Shown here: one piece after another, positions 30,444-39,970 of the stretch | Numbering within the stretch: position 1 is the first letter of the stretch | How the letters are laid out: every line of letters begins with the position of its first letter | Origin: Halarcobacter sp. | Lineage (GTDB): Bacteria > Campylobacterota > Campylobacteria > Campylobacterales > Arcobacteraceae | Length of the DNA: 64,000 nt | NCBI GenBank assembly: GCA_963676565.1 | Contig: OY781089.1 | Span: 1,696,001-1,760,000 of the forward strand | Direction of reading: 5' to 3' | The notes under the pieces: model-generated | The model's database searches: none | Seen by the model: the letters and a program-made list of their open reading frames with translations, nothing else | What the model was told of the DNA's origin: nothing | Position numbers and translations under genes: made by a program

Positions 30444-31406
30444 TTATTTTAAATCTTCAAACTCAATAGTTACAGGCATCCCTTGTCTAATATTATCATC
30501 GGGATTTTGTAAAATCAGTCTAATTCTATAAACTAATTGTGTTCTTAACTCTTCTGTTTGTACACTTTTTGGTGTAAACTCTGCTTGTGCAGATATAAAA
30601 CTAACTTTTGCTTTATATTTTTTATCTGTACTATCGGTTGTAACTATTGCAGTGCTGTTAGGTTTAATTAAGCCTAAATATTTTTCGTCAATATAAGATC
30701 TAACCCAATACTCATTTGTAATTGCTAAATCTATTATAGGAGTTCCTTTGTTAACTATAGCTCCTATTTCATAAGCTCTTGTTAAAACTATACCATCATT
30801 TGGTGCATATAGTTTTGTATCTTTTATATTTATTTTTGCAAGACTTTCTTGGGCTTTTAATGATTCAAGTTTCCCCTCTGCCATCATTATATCTTCAGTT
30901 TGGTATCCATTTTCAAGTTCATCTAAGGCACTTTTAGTGTATGTAACTTGTGCTTTTGAAACTTCATAAGCAAATTTATAGTCTTCAAAGGTTTGCTTTG
31001 AGATTGATTGACTATCATATAGTTTTTTGAATCTTTCATAATCTTTTTTACTCTTTTTAAGTTCAACTAGACTTTTTTCATAGGAAGCTTTTGCTTTTTG
31101 AATCTCTTCAATTCTATAACCTTTTTTTAGTTTTAAAATATTTGATTCTTGAACTTTGATTTGAGCTTGAATCTCTTTTAATGCTTCATTGTAAATATCA
31201 TCATCAAGTTCAACTATTAAATCATCTTTATTGACAAATTGCCCCTCATCAAAGTAGATATTTTTTATTTTACCTGATACTCTATGTCCTAAACTTACAG
31301 TTCGTAAATCTATATTTCCATAGAATTTTGTTTCTTCTTCTTTTTTTGAACATGCTAAAAAAATCATTGAGATTAAAATTGGGAGTAAAAGTAGTTTTAT
31401 TTTCAT
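30444..31406 (-). CDS. HlyD-family membrane fusion protein, YbhG-like (lipoprotein signal)
   Basis: FLAC lipobox, RVSGKI and AEFTPKSVQT motifs. Confidence 0.9.
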   Translation of the reverse strand: MKIKLLLLPILISMIFLACSKKEEETKFYGNIDLRTVSLGHRVSGKIKNIYFDEGQFVNKDDLIVELDDDIYNEALKEIQAQIKVQESNILKLKKGYRIEEIQKAKASYEKSLVELKKSKKDYERFKKLYDSQSISKQTFEDYKFAYEVSKAQVTYTKSALDELENGYQTEDIMMAEGKLESLKAQESLAKINIKDTKLYAPNDGIVLTRAYEIGAIVNKGTPIIDLAITNEYWVRSYIDEKYLGLIKPNSTAIVTTDSTDKKYKAKVSFISAQAEFTPKSVQTEELRTQLVYRIRLILQNPDDNIRQGMPVTIEFEDLK

Positions 31407-31506
31407 AATAAAGCCTTGTAGTCTGTTATAAAATTATTATAACCAATTGTGAGTTAATAGAAATTTACTTTTTTTTATTATTTTTCTAATTTATGGGGCA
31501 TTAATT

Positions 31507-32127
31507 TTATAAATGCCCAGTTTTTACAAAGATTATGGTCTCCTCTTTTACATAAGGATGATGTCTACTTAGATGAGGACTTCTAAGCCAAGTACCAATT
31601 TTATACTCACCATGTTCATCTATAAAAGTTCCTTTTAAAACAAGTATCTCTTCACCTCCCCAGTGTGTATGGGGAATAAAAATCTCATCCTTTGGCCATT
31701 TTACTAAAGCTGTTTGGTCTGATAAAGGCATCACTTGTAAATTACCTTGTCCTTGTAACCATTGAGTATTTGATGTATCAACGATTGAAGTTTCTATTGT
31801 ATTTTGAGAATAATTTATTTTTTTAAAAATTTCACAGTTATTAGAAGTAGTGATTTTTGATTCATCCTCTTTAGGAAGCTTTAGATAAGTTCCTTTTTCA
31901 AAATCTCCATACTCATTTGAATATGTACCAGCTAAGATAAATATCTCTACACTATTAATTCTTTTACTATTTTTAAAGCTTGAATCTTTGTCAAATTTAA
32001 TTAAAGAGGTCTCTTTATCCTCATCTAATGAGAATATTTTTTTATGGCAATTTAAAACATCATCATATTGCCATTTGATATTAGCTTCATCTAAAGATAT
32101 TGCTTTATCATATTCTATATTTATCAT
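31507..32127 (-). CDS. ChrR-like double cupin protein
   Basis: HTHWGGEEILVLKGTFIDEHG and WLRSPH.S.H.P...VKTGHL; the first cupin is degenerate. Confidence 0.85.
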   Translation of the reverse strand: MINIEYDKAISLDEANIKWQYDDVLNCHKKIFSLDEDKETSLIKFDKDSSFKNSKRINSVEIFILAGTYSNEYGDFEKGTYLKLPKEDESKITTSNNCEIFKKINYSQNTIETSIVDTSNTQWLQGQGNLQVMPLSDQTALVKWPKDEIFIPHTHWGGEEILVLKGTFIDEHGEYKIGTWLRSPHLSRHHPYVKEETIIFVKTGHL

Positions 32128-32138
32128 CTTTTTTCCTT

Positions 32139-32966
32139 TTAAAACTTCATATCGATTAAATAATGACTTATTTTTGGGATATAGTCTTTTCTACAAACTA
32201 AACATGTTGGTATATATGCAGTTTTTTTATCTAATTTTGTAATTTTAACATCATTTATAAAACCAAGTTTCTCTACTAGGTTTGTGGGAAGTAAAGTTTT
32301 GCCCATACCAGATTTTACACAAGCAAGTATTGTTTCTAAGCTACCAAAAGAGAGTGATTTTTCTATTTGTTCACCTTTTTGAATGTAATAGTTTTTTAAA
32401 AACTCATCATAGGCACAACCTTCTTTAAAGGATAAAATTACATTAGGAGTGTTTTCCTCTTTGGGTTCTAATATAGCAATCTCTTCTTCATATTTTTTTA
32501 AAACAATAAGTTCTTCATTTTTTGGTTCACCACTTACAAAGGCAATATCAACTTTATAATTTAGAATCATTTCAATCATATCTCTTGTTGTTCCAGTTAA
32601 AAGTTCCATTTGCATTGAAGGAAAATCTTTATGTAATTGCATTAAAAATGATGATATTCTAACTGCTGCATTACAATCTGTTGAACCTACTATTAATTTT
32701 TTTTGTTCTTTTATATTTTGCATATCTAAAATGGCATCTTCTACTTTTTTGACTATTTCAACTGCATGTTTATATAGTTTTTCACCTTCAAGGGTTAAAA
32801 CTACACCTTTTGGAACTCGATGAAAAAGTTTGCAATCAAGAGATTTTTCAAGTTGCTTTACTCTAGATGTGACATTTGATTGGGCAAAGCCAAGCTCATT
32901 TGCTCCTAAAGAGATACTTTTATTATTTGCAACTGCAACAAAAACTTTTAATAAATTTGAATCCAT
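32139..32966 (-). CDS. LysR-family regulator
   Basis: Start re-placed at MDSNLL (AAGGA SD); HTH AQSNVTSRVKQLE, LFHR. Confidence 0.92.
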   Translation of the reverse strand: MDSNLLKVFVAVANNKSISLGANELGFAQSNVTSRVKQLEKSLDCKLFHRVPKGVVLTLEGEKLYKHAVEIVKKVEDAILDMQNIKEQKKLIVGSTDCNAAVRISSFLMQLHKDFPSMQMELLTGTTRDMIEMILNYKVDIAFVSGEPKNEELIVLKKYEEEIAILEPKEENTPNVILSFKEGCAYDEFLKNYYIQKGEQIEKSLSFGSLETILACVKSGMGKTLLPTNLVEKLGFINDVKITKLDKKTAYIPTCLVCRKDYIPKISHYLIDMKF

Positions 32967-33003
32967 ATCACTTTTCCTTATATCACATATCATGATTTTA
33001 TAT

Positions 33004-33033
33004 TTGACACAATATCACATTTAGTGATAGTAT
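33004..33033. promoter_or_regulatory. Tautomerase/MFS promoter with a probable LysR box
   Basis: TTGACA at 33004-33009; palindrome TATCAC-N5-GTGATA at 33013-33029; TGaTAGTAT at 33025-33033. Confidence 0.65.
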
Positions 33034-33076
33034 ACTCAAAAAATATTTAACAACAATCTATTATAAAGGAGTGTTT

Positions 33077-33283
33077 ATGCCAATAATTAATGTAAAAATG
33101 ACCCATGAAGATGGAGGGGCTACAAAAGAACAAAAAGAGTTACTTGCAAAAAAACTTACAGATGCCTTTGTGGAGGTTTTTAATAGAGGCGCAAAAACTT
33201 GTGTTGTAACAATTGAAGAGATTTCTACAGATAATTATGCAATTGGTGGTAAAACCATTACAAATGTAAGAAAAGGTGATTAA
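33077..33283 (+). CDS. 4-oxalocrotonate tautomerase family protein
   Basis: Start re-placed at MPIINVK (AAGGAG SD), giving a catalytic Pro1; TKEQK and NYAIGG motifs. Confidence 0.9.
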   Translation: MPIINVKMTHEDGGATKEQKELLAKKLTDAFVEVFNRGAKTCVVTIEEISTDNYAIGGKTITNVRKGD

Positions 33284-34473
33284 TGACTCTAAATCTTTTA
33301 GATAGAAACAATAATTTATCTATATTAGTAGCTGGAATCATTTCGGTTATTATAGGTCTAGGAGTTGCAAGGTTTGCATTTACTTCCCTTTTGCCTCCTA
33401 TGCTTGAAGGGTTTTTAACGGTGACTTTTGCTGGTCTTTTAGCTGCTGTTAATTTTGCAGGATATTTAAGTGGTTCAATCTTTTCTATGTTTATAAAAGA
33501 TATAAACCAAAAAGTATTACTTTTTAGAATGGGTATTGTTTTATGTATATTAACTACCTTTATTTTAGGGCTTACTGAAAATGAGACAATTTGGTTTATA
33601 AGTAGAATTATCGCTGGTTTTGGAGCAGCTATGGCTTTTGTAGTTGGTTCTGCTATTGTAATGACAAAATTAAATTTTGAAAATAAAACAAAAGCAATGG
33701 GGATACATTTTAGTGGAATTGGTTTTTCGATTTTAACGACTGATTTAGTTAGTCGTGCTGTTTTAAGTAGTGGTCATGATTGGAAAAGTTCGTGGTTGAT
33801 TTTAAGTATTTTTGCTATTTTAGCATCAATATATGCTATGTATATTTTATGCTTTGATAAAAAAGTAAAAACACAAGTTGTAAAACACAAATTTGATTTT
33901 TCTTTATTTACTCCTTTCGTAATTTTAATTATCATTGCTTATTTTACAGAAGGGGTAGGGTTTGTTGTTCAAGCAACTTTTTTACCTGATATAATCAATA
34001 CCCTTGAAGGTCTTGAAGGGTATGGTAATTTAACATGGACTTTAGTTGGATTAGCAGGGATTCCCTCATGTATTATTTGGATGAATCTCGCATCAAGAAA
34101 GGGAAGTGTAAATATTATAATTATTGCTTTATTTGTTCAAATGATAGGAATTTTGATACCAACTTTTACAACAAATGTTTATATGAATCTACTTAGTGGT
34201 GTTTTATATGGTGGTACATTTGTGGGACTTGTTGGATTATTTATGAATTTAGGTGGTAAATTAGCTGGAAGTAATCCTGTTATTTTAATGGGAGCTGTTA
34301 CAACTTCTTATGGTTTAGGACAAGTAATAGCACCATTATATTCTGTCTATTTTATTGAAAAATATGGAAGTTATGATTACTCTTTATATTTAACAGCATT
34401 TATAGTATTTTTAGGAATTGTTCTTCTATTTTTTGCTAAAACAATAATGACAGATGAACAAAAGAGATTATAG
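33283..34473 (+). CDS. YbfB/YjiJ-family MFS transporter
   Basis: GVARFAFTSLLP, NFAGYLSG, ATFLP and YGLGQ motifs. Confidence 0.88.
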   Translation: MTLNLLDRNNNLSILVAGIISVIIGLGVARFAFTSLLPPMLEGFLTVTFAGLLAAVNFAGYLSGSIFSMFIKDINQKVLLFRMGIVLCILTTFILGLTENETIWFISRIIAGFGAAMAFVVGSAIVMTKLNFENKTKAMGIHFSGIGFSILTTDLVSRAVLSSGHDWKSSWLILSIFAILASIYAMYILCFDKKVKTQVVKHKFDFSLFTPFVILIIIAYFTEGVGFVVQATFLPDIINTLEGLEGYGNLTWTLVGLAGIPSCIIWMNLASRKGSVNIIIIALFVQMIGILIPTFTTNVYMNLLSGVLYGGTFVGLVGLFMNLGGKLAGSNPVILMGAVTTSYGLGQVIAPLYSVYFIEKYGSYDYSLYLTAFIVFLGIVLLFFAKTIMTDEQKRL

Positions 34474-34474
34474 T

Positions 34475-36415
34475 TTAGGCTAAAATCTCTTTTACAGTCT
34501 CACTTGCTAGATTGTTATCAAAGGGTTTTTGTAAAATTCCCTTTGATTTCTCTTTTATATTTTCATTAATTTGTTCACTATCTTTTGTTGCAATAAGATA
34601 GTTTATATCTAGGTTTAAAATCTTTTCTATATTTGATTCTTCTAGAGACTCATTATCAATAATAAGTAAATCAAAATTTTCCTCTTTTAATTTTTTGAAC
34701 ATATCAATGGTGTTGTTTATTTGTTGAGTTTGGAAGCTTTTATTAAATTCAATTATTAAACTCATATAACTAATTGGATCACTATTTAATACTAAGATTT
34801 TAGATTTAGTTTTATTTTGAACATCTTCTTTTTCTTCTTCCATATCAAATAAAAATTCATGGTCTAAATCTTCAAGTTTATTTGGTTTATCTGTTTTTTT
34901 AGCTACTTGTTCATTATTAGATACTCTATCCAGATTTTTTGGTATCTCTATTGTTATTGTAGTTCCTACATTAACTTTACTTTCTATATTTATTGAACCA
35001 TTAAATAAACTAATTAAGTCTTTACAAATTGCTAAACCTAAACCAGTCCCACCATATTTCCTTGTTGTACTTCCATCCGCTTGCTTAAACCTATCAAATA
35101 TATGTTCTAACTTATCTTCAGAAATTCCAATTCCATCATCACTTACTATAATTTCTATACTTTCTTCTTTTTCTTGTACAGTTAATCTAATCTCACCTTT
35201 ATGTACAAATTTAATAGAATTTCCAATTAAATTTTTAAGTACTTGATTTAATCTTGATTCATCTGTATAAATATTTTTTAAAGACTTATCAATTTTAGTT
35301 ATAAGCTTAATCCCTTTTTCTTTTGCTTGGGGATGAAACATATCATTGATTTTTTGAATAAAAGATTCTATATCTATTAACTCATAATTTAGTTTCATTT
35401 TCCCAGCTTCCAATTTTGAAAGGTCTAAAATATCATTTATTAAGAAAAGCAAATCATTTCCACAGTTGTTTATAATTTTTAAGTTTTTAATATCTTTTTC
35501 ATCAAATTTATCAGATTTATTTTTCATCATTATAGAACTAATAAGGTTGATAGAATTTAAAGGAGTCTTTAACTCATGACTCATATTTGCTAAGAAATCA
35601 TCTTTTGTTTTATTAGCCTCTTCTAAAGCTTTTTTCTGTTGGTTTTGAATCATAGTTAACTGTTTTAAGTTGATAATATCTTCACTGATTTTACTTGACA
35701 TTTTATTAAAAGATTTTGCTAATATTGTTAATTCTCTCATGTTTTTTAAATCTAATTTAATAGCAACTTTTTCATCATCATGGGATTCAAAACTTTTAAT
35801 TCCATCAATTAATTCTTTTAAAGGCATTGTAAGATACTTATGGGTTGCATAAACTGTTAATCCCCAAAATAGTAAAATACTTAAAATGATATTGAAAAGA
35901 ATTAAGAAAATTGTCTCTTTTGTATAATCAAAGACCATCTGTTTTGTAGTATAAAAAGTTAAAGTTCCTATCTCTTCACCATTATTATCAATAAAATTAT
36001 ATATCTTATGATTAAAACTAATTAAAGGGGATACTGAATATACAAAATTTTTATCACTCTCTTTCCAATTGTATTTCTCTTTTAATTTTTTGTCAACAAT
36101 CCCTCGCAAAATGATTATTTTATTTTTTGAAACTAAAGAGATTCCTTTTATATCATCTTGTTCTAGCATCATTTCATTTAGGATAGTATTTAAATTATCT
36201 TTATCATTAAACCACACTCCATAAGATAATTTTTTATTAAAATGTTTGAATACCTGATTAAAATCTTTTCCCATTCTATTGACTGAGGTGTTAAGTTCTG
36301 AGTATATTTGATATGAGGTTAATAATGAAGCAAAAATAATATATGAGATTAAAATCTTTTTAAATATCAAATATCCAATGGTATTATTAAAATTTCTAAA
36401 AATATGTTTATCCAA
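34475..36415 (-). CDS. Hybrid sensor histidine kinase (HAMP-HisKA-HATPase plus degenerate receiver)
   Basis: FLANMSHELKTPL, NLIGNSIKF and YGGTGLGL motifs; C-terminal DLLIID..KPF. Confidence 0.9.
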   Translation of the reverse strand: MDKHIFRNFNNTIGYLIFKKILISYIIFASLLTSYQIYSELNTSVNRMGKDFNQVFKHFNKKLSYGVWFNDKDNLNTILNEMMLEQDDIKGISLVSKNKIIILRGIVDKKLKEKYNWKESDKNFVYSVSPLISFNHKIYNFIDNNGEEIGTLTFYTTKQMVFDYTKETIFLILFNIILSILLFWGLTVYATHKYLTMPLKELIDGIKSFESHDDEKVAIKLDLKNMRELTILAKSFNKMSSKISEDIINLKQLTMIQNQQKKALEEANKTKDDFLANMSHELKTPLNSINLISSIMMKNKSDKFDEKDIKNLKIINNCGNDLLFLINDILDLSKLEAGKMKLNYELIDIESFIQKINDMFHPQAKEKGIKLITKIDKSLKNIYTDESRLNQVLKNLIGNSIKFVHKGEIRLTVQEKEESIEIIVSDDGIGISEDKLEHIFDRFKQADGSTTRKYGGTGLGLAICKDLISLFNGSINIESKVNVGTTITIEIPKNLDRVSNNEQVAKKTDKPNKLEDLDHEFLFDMEEEKEDVQNKTKSKILVLNSDPISYMSLIIEFNKSFQTQQINNTIDMFKKLKEENFDLLIIDNESLEESNIEKILNLDINYLIATKDSEQINENIKEKSKGILQKPFDNNLASETVKEILA

Positions 36416-36546
36416 AATATACTCCTTAACCCTTTTGAAATAATTATAACTTTTAAAGGTATCATAATAGTATTAGAATAGAAATAATTTTATAAAATAA
36501 TGAAAATTTAAAAAGATTGTAAAAAATAAGTTTTTATATAAGAGTC

Positions 36547-36571
36547 AAGTAAGAGGTGTTTCCTCTTACTT
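36547..36571. terminator. Stem-loop 3' of the ferritin gene
   Basis: AAGTAAGAGG-tgttt-CCTCTTACTT. Confidence 0.6.
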
Positions 36572-36575
36572 AAAT

Positions 36576-37088
36576 TTAGTTTGCAGAAGTTGGATCTATA
36601 AAAGTTCTACCAGCTAAATCTTTATCAATTGTAAATAATCCATAACCATTATCTCCAACAAGTTTTATATGGTCAATTATTTCACATAGAGTTGCTTCCT
36701 CTTCTACTTGTTCTGTAACATACCATTGTAATAAGTTATATGTTGCATGGTCTTTCTCTTTCATTGCCAAATCAGAAAGATTATTTAAATTTTTTGACAT
36801 ACCTTGTTCATGTAGGAGTGCTTTTATAAATACATCTAAAAGTGATTTATATTCTACTTTTGAACTTTTAATCTCTGGAAGTTCAATATCTGAATCTTGA
36901 TCTTCTAAATATTTAAAAAATTTCATTCCATGGGAAACTTCTTCTTGATATTGTACTAAAAACCAAGATGCAGCTCCATTGAAACCCTTCTTTGAACAAT
37001 ATGCACTCATACCTAAATATAGATATGCTGAATGAAATTCTTTATTAAGTTGTTTCACTAATGCTTTCTCTAAATTTTTGTTTATCAT
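36576..37088 (-). CDS. ftn: Non-heme ferritin
   Basis: QLNKEFHSAYLY, QEEVSHG and WYVTEQVEEE ferroxidase motifs. Confidence 0.95.
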   Translation of the reverse strand: MINKNLEKALVKQLNKEFHSAYLYLGMSAYCSKKGFNGAASWFLVQYQEEVSHGMKFFKYLEDQDSDIELPEIKSSKVEYKSLLDVFIKALLHEQGMSKNLNNLSDLAMKEKDHATYNLLQWYVTEQVEEEATLCEIIDHIKLVGDNGYGLFTIDKDLAGRTFIDPTSAN

Positions 37089-37229
37089 AATTTCTCCTTT
37101 TTTGTTATTCTAACTTTTTCAATTGAAATAATTCTATTTAATCTATTGTACATTTAAGACTTAAAATAATCCTAAAAGAGATTTGGATAGAATCACGCAA
37201 AAATAAGAAAGACAATAAGGATATATTTT

Positions 37230-38150
37230 ATGGCAATTTATACATGTGGACATACAACTCCTGATTCAGATTCAATTTGTTCAGCAATCTCTTTAGGATA
37301 CCTTTTAAATAAAATTGGACGTGAAGCAATTCCAGCTAGACAGGGAGCTGTTTCTCCTGAAACTCAATTTATCCTAGACAGATTTGGTTTTGAAGCTCCT
37401 ATGCTTAAAACAGAGTTTGCTGGTGAAGAGATTTTTATTACTGATTATTCTGATAGAGGACAAGCTCCAAAAGATATTGATGAAGCAACTATAGTTGGTA
37501 TTGTTGACCACCATAAATTAGGAGATTTAACAACTTCAACTCCATTAGAGTGTTGGATTAGACCTGTAGGTTGTACAAATACAATTGTAAAAGAGATGTA
37601 TGATTATCATAAAGTTGAAATTCCTGCAAATATTGCTGGTGTTATGTTATGTGCTATTTTATCTGATACCGTAATTTTTAAATCACCAACATGTACACCA
37701 AAAGATATTGAAGTAGTTAGAGAATTAGCAGAGATTGCTGGTGTAGATGATTTTGGTGCACTTGGTATGGAGATGTTTAAAGTTAAATCAGCTGTTGAGG
37801 GAACTCCTGTTAGAGATTTAATTTTAAGAGATTATAAACCATTTGATATGCATGGAAACGATGTTGGTATTGGGCAATTAGAAGTTATTGATTTAGCAAT
37901 TTTTGATTCAATTAAAGATGAATTACAAGCTGATTTAGACAAATTAAGAGAAGAGAACAATCTTCACACTGCGTGTTTATTATTAACTGATATTATGAAA
38001 GAGGGATCTGAAGTATTAGTTTCATCTGAAGATGCTTCTATTTTTGAAAAAGCATTTGATGTAAAATTAGAAAATGGAAAAGTTTGGTTAGATGGTTGTC
38101 TATCTAGAAAAAAACAAGTTATTCCTTTCTTACAACCTGCATTTGCATAA
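37230..38150 (+). CDS. ppaC: Mn-dependent (family II) inorganic pyrophosphatase
   Basis: GHTTPDSD, VDHH, ILSDT, DYK and SRKKQ motifs. Confidence 0.96.
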   Translation: MAIYTCGHTTPDSDSICSAISLGYLLNKIGREAIPARQGAVSPETQFILDRFGFEAPMLKTEFAGEEIFITDYSDRGQAPKDIDEATIVGIVDHHKLGDLTTSTPLECWIRPVGCTNTIVKEMYDYHKVEIPANIAGVMLCAILSDTVIFKSPTCTPKDIEVVRELAEIAGVDDFGALGMEMFKVKSAVEGTPVRDLILRDYKPFDMHGNDVGIGQLEVIDLAIFDSIKDELQADLDKLREENNLHTACLLLTDIMKEGSEVLVSSEDASIFEKAFDVKLENGKVWLDGCLSRKKQVIPFLQPAFA

Positions 38151-38174
38151 TTCTTAAACACAAAACATATTCAA

Positions 38175-38210
38175 AAGAGTAGCTTTTTAGCTACTCTTAT
38201 TTTATTTTTA
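38175..38210 (+). terminator. ppaC terminator
   Basis: AAGAGTAGCT-tttt-AGCTACTCTT followed by a T-rich tail. Confidence 0.75.
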
Positions 38211-38222
38211 TTAGGATTCCAT

Positions 38223-38990
38223 ATGGAACTTTTTGCTGATATTACTCCTTATTGGGTAATAGGTTTTGTTATTGCTGGTTTTTTAGCAGGGTACATAGAC
38301 TCAATAGCTGGTGGTGGTGGAATGGTTCAAGTTCCAGTATTGCTCCTAAGTGGTTTATCCCCTATTCATGTTTTAGCTTCAAATAAAATGGCTGGCTTAG
38401 TTGGTGTTTTAATGGCAACAATTAAATATGCACTTAGTAAAAAGATATCTTGGAAAGTTGTAAGTATTGCAATTATCCCTTGTCTTCTTGCTTCTTATAT
38501 TGGAAGTAGATTAATAATGTTTGTATCTGATGAGATAATTACTTGGGCTATCATTTTAGCTATTCCTGTTGCTATGGTTTTTTTATTTAAAAAAAGTAAA
38601 AAAATAGTAGAAGAAAAAACAAAACTAAATAATAAAAATATTATTCTCGCAACTGCTCCAATTGGATTTTATGATGGTTTATTAGGTCCTGGAACAGGAA
38701 CTTATATGACTATTTCTATGAAAAAGTTTTTACATCTTGATTATTTGATTTCAACAGCATCAACTAAGCCTTTAAATTTTGCTACAAATGTAGGTTCTGC
38801 TATTGCCTTTATTTTTGCGGGAAAAGTGTTATGGGGAGTTGCTATTGTTTTGGGATTAGCAAATATAGCTGGTTCATATGTTGGAAGTCATTATGCTATC
38901 AAAGGTGGAGAAGAGTTTATAAAAAAAGTACTTGTCTTTGTACTTGTTTTTATGTTAGTTGGAAATATTATAAAAATTGTTGTGAGTTAA
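38223..38990 (+). CDS. TauE/SafE (YfcA-like) transporter
   Basis: IDSIAGGGG and GFYDGLLGPGTG motifs. Confidence 0.9.
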   Translation: MELFADITPYWVIGFVIAGFLAGYIDSIAGGGGMVQVPVLLLSGLSPIHVLASNKMAGLVGVLMATIKYALSKKISWKVVSIAIIPCLLASYIGSRLIMFVSDEIITWAIILAIPVAMVFLFKKSKKIVEEKTKLNNKNIILATAPIGFYDGLLGPGTGTYMTISMKKFLHLDYLISTASTKPLNFATNVGSAIAFIFAGKVLWGVAIVLGLANIAGSYVGSHYAIKGGEEFIKKVLVFVLVFMLVGNIIKIVVS

Positions 38991-39763
38991 TGAAAACAAA
39001 AGTTTTCAAAAATAAAAAATTAGATTTTTTGGAATTGAGATATATTGAAAATATTACTCAATGTGAAAAAATGCATTTGCATGAAGAACTTACAATTACA
39101 GCACTTAAAGAGGGCTCATTAAATATAAGTTTTAATGACTCTTCTAAAATATTAAACCCCAATGAAATAGCAATAATGAACTCAAATATAATCCATAATG
39201 CAACACTAAATAGTAAAAGTGTCAAAGATGGATATGTATTATATATAGATAAAAACTACTTAGAAAGTTTGAATTTAGGCATATCTTTAGATTATGTTTT
39301 TTTAAAAGATGGGAAAAATAGTTTTATAAATCTATGTGAAGTATTATTGGCTGAGGATGTCTCTTTATTGGAAAAAGAAGAGCTATTTATTGAGTTTTGT
39401 TTAAATACTTTTTCTTTAAAAGAAGAGATTGAAAAAGTAGAAAAAAATTCTTTATCTATAAAAATAAAAAACTATCTAGATGAAAACTTTTTGGAAGATA
39501 TTATTTTAGAAGATATCTCAAAAGAGTTTAATATAACTGTCGTACATCTAATAAGAGTTTTTAAAAAAGAGTTTGGCTTAGCTATTCATTCATATATAAT
39601 TAATAAAAAAGTTCATAGGGCAAAAGAACTTTTAAACTCAAAGTTACCAATTATAGAAGTTGCCTTACAAAGCGGTTTTTTTGACCAAAGCCATTTAAAT
39701 AGAAGTTTTAAACGAGTATTTCAACTAACCCCTAAAGAGTTTCAAAAAAATATACTTTCGTAA
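38990..39763 (+). CDS. AraC-family regulator (cupin plus HTH)
   Basis: Start re-placed at the TAATG overlap (38990); HLHEE, HLIRVFKKEFG and GFFDQSHLNRSFKR motifs. Confidence 0.9.
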   Translation: MKTKVFKNKKLDFLELRYIENITQCEKMHLHEELTITALKEGSLNISFNDSSKILNPNEIAIMNSNIIHNATLNSKSVKDGYVLYIDKNYLESLNLGISLDYVFLKDGKNSFINLCEVLLAEDVSLLEKEELFIEFCLNTFSLKEEIEKVEKNSLSIKIKNYLDENFLEDIILEDISKEFNITVVHLIRVFKKEFGLAIHSYIINKKVHRAKELLNSKLPIIEVALQSGFFDQSHLNRSFKRVFQLTPKEFQKNILS

Positions 39764-39829
39764 ATGTTAATTTTGTACAAGATTTAAATTTTTTTATTTT
39801 ATATACTTATTTAAATAAAAGGAGAAACT

Positions 39830-39901
39830 ATGAATAGTATAAAACAATATAATCATATTCAAACAAATAATCTACTCTCAATCCTCTTACTCTCAAAATA
39901 A
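39830..39901 (+). CDS. Putative leucine-rich leader peptide (23 aa, MNSIKQYNHIQTNNLLSILLLSK); not in the ORF track
   Basis: AAGGAG SD at 39819-39824; TATACT at 39802-39807; five Leu codons (CTA CTC, CTC TTA CTC) within 7 codons; directly upstream of leuA. Confidence 0.75.
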   Translation: MNSIKQYNHIQTNNLLSILLLSK

Positions 39902-39970
39902 TTTTCAAACCAACCCTTATCAATTTTAGTCGCAAATATTTGCAAAATATATAAAATCATGGAGAATAAA

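Noticed and set aside
37115..37145. Possible Fur box upstream of the ferritin gene
   Set aside because: The match to the GATAATGATAATCATTATC consensus is too weak for such an AT-rich background.
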